A DNA stretch of 64,000 nt from Bacteroidia bacterium. Its GTDB lineage: Bacteria > Bacteroidota > Bacteroidia > UKL13-3. Of the stretch, positions 50,981 to 59,651 are shown one piece after another. Each line of letters opens with the position of its first letter. Position 1 is the stretch's first letter. The notes beneath the pieces were generated by a model. It had not been told where the DNA came from. It worked only from the letters and a program-made list of their open reading frames with translations, and did no database searches. Position numbers and translations under genes: made by a program. Location of the stretch: contig OZ257140.1 of the NCBI GenBank assembly GCA_965279165.1, forward strand, positions 2,936,167 to 3,000,166, written 5' to 3'.

Positions 50981-51343
50981 TTAGTGTTTGTGGTCGTCCC
51001 CAAACACATTTAATTTATGTCCTAAGGCATGCGAAAAATCACGAATATCTTCGGCAACTTCTTTGTTATCGGTTGCGCGTTCAAAGGTGTCTGCAAGGGT
51101 TGCTATGGTTTGAAATAGGAACAAATTCATTTCTTCCACATTCATGTCTTTTGTCCATAGGTCGATGCGCAATGCATTTTGTTGCAGCCCATCCCATAAA
51201 GATAAAATTACTGATTTTGCTTCTTGTTTACCATCCACATCTGCATCATCCGCCTCCCATTGAATGGATAACGGTAGATTGTCTTTGTCTAAATGAATAC
51301 TGAAATTTATGTGTGATGATTTTACGATTTCCGGAGTTGACAT
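50981..51343 (-). CDS. possible gliding motility protein GldC (tentative)
   Basis: 120 aa, soluble. The motifs SLWDG ... LRIDLWTKDM ... EEMNLF are as I remember them from the GldC family; this call is not verified. Confidence 0.4.
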   Translation of the reverse strand: MSTPEIVKSSHINFSIHLDKDNLPLSIQWEADDADVDGKQEAKSVILSLWDGLQQNALRIDLWTKDMNVEEMNLFLFQTIATLADTFERATDNKEVAEDIRDFSHALGHKLNVFGDDHKH

Positions 51344-51430
51344 GATGAATTATGAATTATGAATTATGAATTATGAATGATGAATGATGAATGATGAATG
51401 ATGAGTTATGAGTTATGAGTTATGAGTTAT
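51344..51430. repeat. ATGAATT/ATGAATG/ATGAGTT heptamer tandem repeat island
   Basis: It has (atgaatt)x3, (atgaatg)x4 and (atgagtt)x4 in tandem, directly abutting the GldC-like start codon. It is the reverse complement of the CATTCAT islands at 13431-13480 and 38681-38710. Confidence 0.85.
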
Positions 51431-51461
51431 GAGTTATTGGGTATAATTGACTGCAAATATA

Positions 51462-51791
51462 TTATTTAGGAAGGGCATTTTTTAATTCCTTCAGAAAAGC
51501 TTTCAGGTTGGTTAATTTTTCCAGTAAAACTGCCTGTGGTTCAATATGGGGTTGGGTTTTTAAGTATGCTTTTGCGCCTTCTAAGGTCATGCCTTTTTCT
51601 TTAACCAGGTGATGAATGAGTTTGATTATTTGAATATCTTTTTCGGTATATTTTCGTGTACCTTTTTCTGATTTATAAGGTTTAATCTGTTTAAATTCTT
51701 TCTCCCAAAACCGAATCAAAGAAGGAGCTTCGCTTATTAAAGAGGCAACTTCGGAGATGGAGAAGAGGGTTTTGGTTGGTGGATTTTGCAT
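51462..51791 (-). CDS. MerR-family transcriptional regulator
   Basis: 109 aa; the N-terminal HTH FSISEVASLISEAPSLIRFWEKEF is followed by a short helical C-terminus. Confidence 0.7.
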   Translation of the reverse strand: MQNPPTKTLFSISEVASLISEAPSLIRFWEKEFKQIKPYKSEKGTRKYTEKDIQIIKLIHHLVKEKGMTLEGAKAYLKTQPHIEPQAVLLEKLTNLKAFLKELKNALPK

Positions 51792-51945
51792 TTAAAGCTA
51801 CTTTAATTGGTTGAAGGCAATTGGTCAAAAGCGATCGGTCCAAAGCATTCTGTTGAAATTAAATGGTCGAAAGTTATCGATTCAAAGTTATTGGTTAAAA
51901 CTAAATTAGAAAGCGCAATTTGAATAATTGACATGAAAATTTTAT

Positions 51946-52296
51946 TCATAAACTTTTTCTTAAGGCTTGAATTGAAATAATCAGTCTGGATGTTTTCTCA
52001 TAATAAATTACAAATTGCTCCTCATTAATTCTATTCCGTCCTTTCGCAAGATACAAACAACTTAATACCTCAATTCCGAATCGCAAGGCATACCCAAGAA
52101 ATCTTCTAAATTCAGGTGTTGATTGACCTGTTGAACCTTCTGCTATATTCAATGATATGGAATCACTTGCGCGTTGAATTTGAGATGTAAGGATGTAAAG
52201 TTCTTCTTTTGGGAAACTTTGCGTTAAAAAATATATATTATTGGAAAGTTCAATTGCTTCTTTCCAAACCCGTAGATTTTCAAATTTGAATTGCAT
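51946..52296 (-). CDS. four-helix-bundle protein (23S rRNA IVS protein family), second paralog
   Basis: 116 aa; LRVWKEAIELSNNIYFL ... RASDSISLNIAEGSTGQSTPEFRRFLGYALRFGIEV is the same family as 17332-17688. It is flanked by the inverted repeats 51821-51846 and 52375-52400. Confidence 0.85.
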   Translation of the reverse strand: MQFKFENLRVWKEAIELSNNIYFLTQSFPKEELYILTSQIQRASDSISLNIAEGSTGQSTPEFRRFLGYALRFGIEVLSCLYLAKGRNRINEEQFVIYYEKTSRLIISIQALRKSL

Positions 52297-52409
52297 AAAA
52301 TTAGGCTAGTATTACATACAATAATAATAAACATTACATAAATAAGCTTTATTTCATCAATCATTTGACTGATTGCTTTGGACCGATCGCTTTGGACTGA
52401 TTGCTACAT

Positions 52410-53372
52410 CTAGTCAAACGACTGCGCCGGTCTTTCCGCCATTTCTCGCATCGAGGCATAATCGGCTTCCGTTAAATCGTTGAAGAAATAATTGATTGGA
52501 TTGATTTTGTTTTTACCGCGAATAACTTCATAATGTAAATGTGGTGCAGCTGATAATCCCGTATTACCAACAAATCCAAGTAATTGGCCGCGTTTAATGG
52601 TTTGTCCCGGTCTTACTTTTACCCGCGACATATGTGCATATAAAGTTTGGTATCCGAAACCATGGTTAACTACCACATGATTTCCATATCCACGATGTCC
52701 TAATTCTACCAACGCGATTCGGCCATTGCCGGTGGCATAAATTGGAGTGCCGGTTGGTGCCGTAAAATCAATACCGGTATGCATCTTATATGTTTTGTAA
52801 ATAGGATGTAAACGATAGCCGAATCCGGATGCCATATGTTTAAGCTGACGGTTGGTGATGGGTTGGATTGCCGGAATTGCAGCAAGGAAATCGCTTTTGC
52901 GAGCTGCCAACCTTGCCAATTGATCAAAAGAAACGGATTGTAAATTAAGGTCGGAAGTTAATTTATCCATCTTTTTTGATAAATCAATTACAATGTCTGA
53001 ATGATCAAATCCTTTTAGCTTTTCATAATTGTCGTTGATATAAGCTGGTTTAGTGCGTTTAATTGGGTCGGTTTCAAAAATTGCACGGTAAATGGAGGCA
53101 TCTTTATCTTGTAAATCAATTAATTGTCGGTTCATCCGCTCGAGCCGTTGGTTCATTCGTTGGGTTTGCAGTTGATAATCTTCAATTTCCCTTCTTAATA
53201 TTTTTTCTTTGGGAGAGTCGATATAATTATAAGCCAATAAAAGTATTGCAGAACCCGCTACGATTGAAGCGGACAAAAAACCAAACACCCGCAAAATCAC
53301 CACCCTAACGCTTGTGGTCACTTTTTCGAAATCAAGACTATGAGGATTATAAAAGTATTTTATTTTTGCCAT
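52410..53372 (-). CDS. M23 family peptidase with N-terminal TM and coiled-coil (EnvC-like)
   Basis: It has a TM helix, a coiled-coil (LQTQRMNQRLERMNRQLIDLQDK), and the M23 motifs HTGIDF and APHLHYEV. Confidence 0.85.
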   Translation of the reverse strand: MAKIKYFYNPHSLDFEKVTTSVRVVILRVFGFLSASIVAGSAILLLAYNYIDSPKEKILRREIEDYQLQTQRMNQRLERMNRQLIDLQDKDASIYRAIFETDPIKRTKPAYINDNYEKLKGFDHSDIVIDLSKKMDKLTSDLNLQSVSFDQLARLAARKSDFLAAIPAIQPITNRQLKHMASGFGYRLHPIYKTYKMHTGIDFTAPTGTPIYATGNGRIALVELGHRGYGNHVVVNHGFGYQTLYAHMSRVKVRPGQTIKRGQLLGFVGNTGLSAAPHLHYEVIRGKNKINPINYFFNDLTEADYASMREMAERPAQSFD

Positions 53373-53479
53373 CCGTTTGATGAAGTATCATATGCAGGAA
53401 GTAAGAGAATAGTATCCTACTTTTGCCACTCCATTACCACGAAAATAAGGTTTTATTTGAATAAGAATAATTAAGCACC

Positions 53480-56110
53480 ATGACGGCAGCAGAAGTAAGA
53501 GAAACATTTTTAAGATTTTTTGAAAGCAAAGGCCATACCATTGTAGGTTCTGCACCCATTGTTGTGAAAGACGATCCAACACTTATGTTTACCAATGCAG
53601 GTATGAACCAGTTTAAAGATTGGTTTTTAGGAAATGAGCCGGCCAAGTATAAAAGGGTTGTAGATACACAGAAATGCTTAAGGGTTAGCGGTAAGCACAA
53701 TGATTTGGAGGAAGTAGGAGTAGATACATACCACCATACCATGTTTGAAATGTTAGGGAACTGGAGCTTTGGAGATTATTTTAAAAAAGAAGCAATTGAA
53801 TGGGCATGGGAACTGTTAACCAAAGTATACAAGTTACCAAAAGACCGTTTGTATGTTACGGTTTTTGAAGGTGACAAAAAAGAAGGACTAGCGTTTGATC
53901 AGGAAGCTTATGATAACTGGGCTTTGTATATTGCAGTAGACCGGATTTTAAATGGCAACAAGAAAGATAATTTCTGGGAAATGGGTGATACCGGACCATG
54001 CGGACCCTGTTCAGAAATTCATATCGATTTGCGTTCTGATGCCGAAAGGGCATTGGTTGATGGAGCTACCTTGGTAAACAACGACCATCCTCAGGTTATC
54101 GAAATATGGAACAATGTGTTCATGGAATTTAACCGAAAAGCCGATGGCAGTTTAGAAAAATTGCCTGCACAACATGTGGATACCGGTATGGGTTTTGAGC
54201 GTTTGGTAAGAGCCTTGCAATGTGCTAAAGATGGAAAAAGTTCCAATTATGATACCGATGTTTTTGTACCAAGTATTCAGTTTATTGAAAAACATGCAGG
54301 GATTAACTATGGTTTCGGTGATTCGAAAACCGATATAGCGATGCGTGTGCTTGCCGATCATATAAGGGCAATTTCTTTTGCTATTGCTGATGGACAATTA
54401 CCTAGCAACAATGGCGCAGGATATGTAATTCGGAGGATTTTACGCAGGGCAGTAAGATACCAATACCAGTTTTTGAATTTGAAAGAACCGTTTTTGTGTA
54501 AACTAGCCGGTTTGATAGCCGAAAGTTTTAAACAGGTTTTTCCGGAATTACATGCGCAAAAGGAATTTGTGGCAAAGGTGATTAAAGAAGAAGAAATTGG
54601 CTTTTTAAAAACGTTGGAAAAGGGGATTTCTAAAATAGAAGATCTGGTTAAAATGAATACCGATTCAAAGTTATTAACCGGTATTGTATCTTTTGAACTG
54701 TATGATACTTTTGGATTTCCGATTGACCTTACCTGTTTAATTGCAAAAGAAAATGGATGGGAAGTAGATTTGAAAGGATTCGAGGAAGAACTGCAAAAGC
54801 AAAAAGCACGTTCCAGAAAAGCTACCGAGTTAACCACCGACGATTGGATGGTGATTGGAGAGGAAAATCCAACAGTGTTTTTAGGATACGAGCAAACGGA
54901 AGCTGAAATTAAGGTTATAAAATACCGTAAAGTTAAAGCAAAAGGTAAGGAAAGTTACCAGGTTGTATTTAACCAAACGCCATTTTATCCGGAAGGTGGA
55001 GGACAAATTGGAGATAGTGGATATCTGTTACATGCCAATGAAAAAATTGCCATATACGATACAAAGAAGGAAAATAATCTGATTATCCATTTTTTACAGA
55101 CTCTTCCTGAAAATTTAAATGCAGAATTTACTGCTATTGTTGATAAGGAGAAACGGAGATTAACTGAGAATAACCATTCTGCTACCCATTTATTACATGC
55201 GGCATTAAGATTGGTATTAGGAATCCATGTGCAACAAAAAGGAAGTTTGGTTAATGACAAACATTTGCGTTTCGATTTTTCCCATTTTTCTGCCATGACG
55301 GATGAGGAAATCGCTTCAGTGGAACATATTGTAAATCGAAAAATCAGAGAAAATATCACTTTAGATGAACGTCGTTCGGTTGCAATAGAAGAAGCCAAAA
55401 CATTAGGGGCAATGATGTTATTTGGTGAGAAATATGGAGAAACAGTTAGGGTTATAACTTTTGATCCTAAATATTCAAGAGAATTATGCGGAGGTACTCA
55501 TGTAAAAGCTACCGGAGAAATTGGGTACTTTAAGATTGTTTCGGAAAGTGCTGTAGCTGCCGGTGTGAGAAGGATTGAAGCAATTACGGCGGATGGGGTG
55601 GATCAGTTGGTTGCATCAAATTGGTTAGCCGTTCAACAAATAAAAAAATTATTAGGTAGCCAGGATATTATTAAATCAGTTGAACAACTTATTGCAGACA
55701 AATTAGAATTAAGTAAAAAACTTGATTTGTTCGAAGGAGAAAAAACCATTGTTATAAAGGAAAATTTAAAATCGAAGGTGTCTACCAACAATGGTATTAA
55801 TTGTGTTGTGGAAGAAATAGAAATCGCAACTGCCGAGCAATTAAAAAACCTATCTTTTCAGTTAAGGACAGAAATCGAAAATTTATTTTGTGTTCTGGCT
55901 TGTGTGATTGATGGTAAACCAATGTTGAGTATCATTATTGCTGATAATCTTGTAAAAGATAGAAAATTACATGCCGGTAATATTATCCGCGATTTAGCAA
56001 AGGAAATACAAGGTGGAGGCGGCGGACAACCTTTCTATGCCACAGCAGGAGGAAACAATAAAGCCGGAATAAAAAATGCTTTGGAAAAAGCATATCAATT
56101 GGTGCAATAG
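53480..56110 (+). CDS. alaS: alanine--tRNA ligase
   Basis: 876 aa with class II aaRS motifs (FTNAGMNQFK), an editing domain with HSATHLLH, and a C-terminal DHHA1 GGGGG motif. Confidence 0.95.
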   Translation: MTAAEVRETFLRFFESKGHTIVGSAPIVVKDDPTLMFTNAGMNQFKDWFLGNEPAKYKRVVDTQKCLRVSGKHNDLEEVGVDTYHHTMFEMLGNWSFGDYFKKEAIEWAWELLTKVYKLPKDRLYVTVFEGDKKEGLAFDQEAYDNWALYIAVDRILNGNKKDNFWEMGDTGPCGPCSEIHIDLRSDAERALVDGATLVNNDHPQVIEIWNNVFMEFNRKADGSLEKLPAQHVDTGMGFERLVRALQCAKDGKSSNYDTDVFVPSIQFIEKHAGINYGFGDSKTDIAMRVLADHIRAISFAIADGQLPSNNGAGYVIRRILRRAVRYQYQFLNLKEPFLCKLAGLIAESFKQVFPELHAQKEFVAKVIKEEEIGFLKTLEKGISKIEDLVKMNTDSKLLTGIVSFELYDTFGFPIDLTCLIAKENGWEVDLKGFEEELQKQKARSRKATELTTDDWMVIGEENPTVFLGYEQTEAEIKVIKYRKVKAKGKESYQVVFNQTPFYPEGGGQIGDSGYLLHANEKIAIYDTKKENNLIIHFLQTLPENLNAEFTAIVDKEKRRLTENNHSATHLLHAALRLVLGIHVQQKGSLVNDKHLRFDFSHFSAMTDEEIASVEHIVNRKIRENITLDERRSVAIEEAKTLGAMMLFGEKYGETVRVITFDPKYSRELCGGTHVKATGEIGYFKIVSESAVAAGVRRIEAITADGVDQLVASNWLAVQQIKKLLGSQDIIKSVEQLIADKLELSKKLDLFEGEKTIVIKENLKSKVSTNNGINCVVEEIEIATAEQLKNLSFQLRTEIENLFCVLACVIDGKPMLSIIIADNLVKDRKLHAGNIIRDLAKEIQGGGGGQPFYATAGGNNKAGIKNALEKAYQLVQ

Positions 56111-56189
56111 TTATTGTTGTTATCCAATCATGACGAATGTCGTTTGTTTCCTTAAGGGTATTTCATTATACTTGTATGGGGCCTTTGAT

Positions 56190-58373
56190 ATGATTAGACG
56201 TTTGTTTGTTTTGATTCTTTTAGTTGTTCTAATAACAACAAATTGTTTGGCCCAAAAGCCAAAGGTCGCATTTGTGTTGAGTGGTGGAGGAGCCAAAGGA
56301 TTTGCCCACGTTGGTGCATTAAAAGTACTAGAAGAAGCGGGTATCAAGCCTGATATTATTACTGGAACAAGCATGGGAAGCGTTATTGGATCCATGTATG
56401 CCGTTGGTTATCGCACCGATTCACTTCAAAAAATTATTAGTCAAACCGATTGGGATGATGTGGTGTATGATGGGGTTTCGCGAACTACCTTAAATGGAAT
56501 TGAACGCGCACGATACGATATGTATTTTGTAAAGTTGAATTTTGAAAAGACAAAATTTCAATCTATTAGTGGAATGGTTAAAGGAACCAAAGTACACAAT
56601 CTATTATCATCTCTTTGTTTACCTGTTTCTAACATACGCGATTTTAATAAATTCCCAATTCCGTTTGCCTGCATTGGAACCGATATTCAGACCGGCAATA
56701 AAGTAGTACTGGATAGTGGTTATTTACCGGATGCCGTGCGGGCAAGTATGGCAATTCCAACTTTATTTACTTCTATTGAATTAGAGGATAAAATCCTAGT
56801 AGATGGTGGATTAACTCAAAATTATCCATTAATAGAAGCTAAAAATATGGGAGCCGATATTATTATCGGAATCGATGTTGCAACAAAATCTAATCGTGCT
56901 GAGTTAGGTTCATTTGTAAATATTATGATGGAAGCTATATTTTTACATGGATATCAGTTTTATGAACAGGAAAAACATTTACTCGATTTAAATATTAAGC
57001 CCGACCTCACCCATATCAGTCCACTTGATTTTGCTTTAGGTGATAGCATTATGCGCATTGGAGAGTTTGCTGCTCGTAAACAATGGGATGAGATATTGGC
57101 ACTTAGTCATCGCATTAACGGTAATTCAAAACTAGATACGCCAATCGTTACCAATAAAAAGTGGTTGCATAAAAGCTATAAAGTAAAGAATATAAATATT
57201 GTAGGTCTTAAAACTATACCCTTGTTTCAATTGAATCATATTACCGAAGAAGCAAAGGGCAAAACAATGTATGTAGAAGGAATTGAAGCTTTGATTGAAA
57301 AATATAGAAGTACCGATTTGTTTAAAGACATTACTTTCAGGTTTGATGATTATAATGATTTAGGATTATTGAATATTTATGTGAATGAGAAACCTCCGGG
57401 AGAGTTTGATGTAGGATTAAATTATAATGTTTACCATGAAGCGAGTCTTTTGCTTGGGTTATCTTATCGTAATTTATTGTTTAAAGGTTCTATCTTAGAA
57501 ACCAATATACGTTTGTCGTCCATGCCTAGATTTGATGTTAGTTATTATTATCAAACATCTTTCAAGCCACTTATAGGTATTGAAGTTTCTTCTTCAAACA
57601 TTATACAAGGTTTATATTCAAATTCAGTAAAGCAAACGGATGTGAATAGTGTTTTAACTACTTTTTACATTAAGTCGAAATTCCCGCTAACTAAAAACCA
57701 ATTATTGGGTGTTGGTTTTGGATCAGAGTTTGCAAGTTATGAATCGGATTTGATCTTTAATTTTGATGAGTCATTTAAGTTGTCAAATTCGAAACGTTCA
57801 GAGAATTTTGTGTTGTTTTACATGGCAGATAACCGTGATGATGCTTACATTTCAACCAAAGGTAGTATGCTGAAAACAGATTTGTATGTAGCCAGTAATG
57901 ATTTTGACGTGAGTAAAGTTTGGATAAATTTTACTTTGAAGGCTGAAAATCATTTACCACTTGCAAGATTCATCAGCGTTAGCAATTCGTTTTATTTGGG
58001 TTTTAATGCAGCCAACTATCAAAAAGGTAATTATCAGTTTTTGTATTCAATGGGAGGGATGTTAGATATGAAATTCAGGAATTATTTGCCATTTAGCGGA
58101 GTTGAGTTTGCGCAGGAATTAAGCAGAAATGTAGCTCAGTACAGGCTTCGAATACCGGTACGGCTGGCTAAGAACAATTATCTTTCACCCAATTTAGATT
58201 TAGCGAAAACTGCTGAATACTTTGAGGATATGGTAAATTTAACCGACTTTATGCTTGGATATGGATTATCGTATGAATACAGAAGTCCAATTGGGCCAAT
58301 TGTATTTAACTACAACCGTTCCAACCGCAATTATCTGAACTATTTCTATCTGAATATCGGTTACTGGTTCTAA
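56190..58373 (+). CDS. patatin-like phospholipase fused to an Omp85-type beta-barrel (PlpD-like, type Vd autotransporter candidate)
   Basis: The start is placed at MIRRLFVLILLVVL (signal peptide). The patatin motifs GGGAKGFAHVG and GTSMGS are present, and the catalytic DGG is in VDGGLTQNYP. The C-terminal ~350 aa are a beta-strand-rich surface-antigen-like barrel ending in an aromatic residue. Confidence 0.65.
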   Translation: MIRRLFVLILLVVLITTNCLAQKPKVAFVLSGGGAKGFAHVGALKVLEEAGIKPDIITGTSMGSVIGSMYAVGYRTDSLQKIISQTDWDDVVYDGVSRTTLNGIERARYDMYFVKLNFEKTKFQSISGMVKGTKVHNLLSSLCLPVSNIRDFNKFPIPFACIGTDIQTGNKVVLDSGYLPDAVRASMAIPTLFTSIELEDKILVDGGLTQNYPLIEAKNMGADIIIGIDVATKSNRAELGSFVNIMMEAIFLHGYQFYEQEKHLLDLNIKPDLTHISPLDFALGDSIMRIGEFAARKQWDEILALSHRINGNSKLDTPIVTNKKWLHKSYKVKNINIVGLKTIPLFQLNHITEEAKGKTMYVEGIEALIEKYRSTDLFKDITFRFDDYNDLGLLNIYVNEKPPGEFDVGLNYNVYHEASLLLGLSYRNLLFKGSILETNIRLSSMPRFDVSYYYQTSFKPLIGIEVSSSNIIQGLYSNSVKQTDVNSVLTTFYIKSKFPLTKNQLLGVGFGSEFASYESDLIFNFDESFKLSNSKRSENFVLFYMADNRDDAYISTKGSMLKTDLYVASNDFDVSKVWINFTLKAENHLPLARFISVSNSFYLGFNAANYQKGNYQFLYSMGGMLDMKFRNYLPFSGVEFAQELSRNVAQYRLRIPVRLAKNNYLSPNLDLAKTAEYFEDMVNLTDFMLGYGLSYEYRSPIGPIVFNYNRSNRNYLNYFYLNIGYWF

Positions 58374-58379
58374 TATTTA

Positions 58380-59504
58380 TCAGGCCGATTTCTTTAACGC
58401 AAGTGACGTTTCACTTTCTTCTCTTCCAAATCGATACATCACTCTGAAATGGGCTCTTAACGCATCGTACAAAGTTTCATTTACCAAATATGGAATATCA
58501 AATTCACGTGCTGTTTCTTCTACTATTTTTGATATGGCTGGATAATGCACATGACATACCTGAGGAAATAAATGATGTTCAACTTGATAATTTAAACCTC
58601 CTACATACCAGGTTATAATCGGATTTCTTCTCGAAAAATCCATGGTTGTATTCATTTGATGAATGGCCCAATCGTTTTCAATTACTCCTTCGGCATTAGG
58701 TAACGGGTGCGTGGTGCCTTCAACCGTATGGGCAAGTTGAAATACCACTGTTAAGATAATACCGGAAACAAAATGCATCAACATAAATCCGGCTAAAATC
58801 TGGTAAAAAGGAATTCCTAAAACGGCAACCGGTAAAACAAACATCAGGGTAAAATAAAATAGCTTCACCCCAATAATTTTCAATAAATTTATTCTGTTTT
58901 CTTGAGAAGAATATGGATTGACGCCATTTTTGACATGTTTGTTGAATTGAACAAAATCTTTGGCCATTGCCCAATAAAAAGTAAGTAAACCATAGAACAG
59001 TATCGCATAAATCCATTGAAATGCATGGAAGAACTTTAGTTTGGTATGTGGTGAAAAGCGCAATACCAAACGGTCTTCAATATCTTCATCTACATTGGCA
59101 ATATTGGTATAGGTATGATGCAAGATATTGTGTTGCAGTTTCCAATTCATTACTGATCCACCAATTAGATTTAAGGTATGTCCCATTAGAAAGTTAACGG
59201 TTCCGTTTGATGAATAAGCTCCATGGTTTGCATCATGCATTACGCTCATACCAATTCCGGCAATTGCAAAACCCATGATTGTCCATAATACTAAACTAAT
59301 TCCGAAAGAGGGTTGGAGGTTTAAAATAAGTATAAAAGGCAATATGTATCCGATTAACATGGTTATACTTTTAAAAACCATCATACCGTTGGCGTGTGAT
59401 TCGATGCCATTTTCTTCAAAATACCTGTCAACCCTTTTTTTTACCGTTGGATAGAATTGGCTTTTTATTGGAGCATTAAATTTTACCTTCTGTTTTAATT
59501 GCAT
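58380..59504 (-). CDS. membrane fatty-acid desaturase
   Basis: Three histidine boxes (HDANHG, HNILHH, QVEHHLFP) and multiple TM helices. Confidence 0.85.
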   Translation of the reverse strand: MQLKQKVKFNAPIKSQFYPTVKKRVDRYFEENGIESHANGMMVFKSITMLIGYILPFILILNLQPSFGISLVLWTIMGFAIAGIGMSVMHDANHGAYSSNGTVNFLMGHTLNLIGGSVMNWKLQHNILHHTYTNIANVDEDIEDRLVLRFSPHTKLKFFHAFQWIYAILFYGLLTFYWAMAKDFVQFNKHVKNGVNPYSSQENRINLLKIIGVKLFYFTLMFVLPVAVLGIPFYQILAGFMLMHFVSGIILTVVFQLAHTVEGTTHPLPNAEGVIENDWAIHQMNTTMDFSRRNPIITWYVGGLNYQVEHHLFPQVCHVHYPAISKIVEETAREFDIPYLVNETLYDALRAHFRVMYRFGREESETSLALKKSA

Positions 59505-59651
59505 TTAATCAGTTGATTTAATTGGTAAAACTAAGTAATAGTTGCAAGATTATTCAAATTGATGTGCAATATCATAAAACTTAATATTTTGATAAAATGG
59601 AAAATTGCGTAATATTTATATGCCTGCATCGTTAACATTGCCTGAATCCGC

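Noticed and set aside
50981-51343. Confident naming of the 120-aa gene as gldC.
   Set aside because: It is kept only as a tentative call. The motif resemblance (SLWDG, IDLWTKDM) is from memory, and the usual neighbour gldB is absent.
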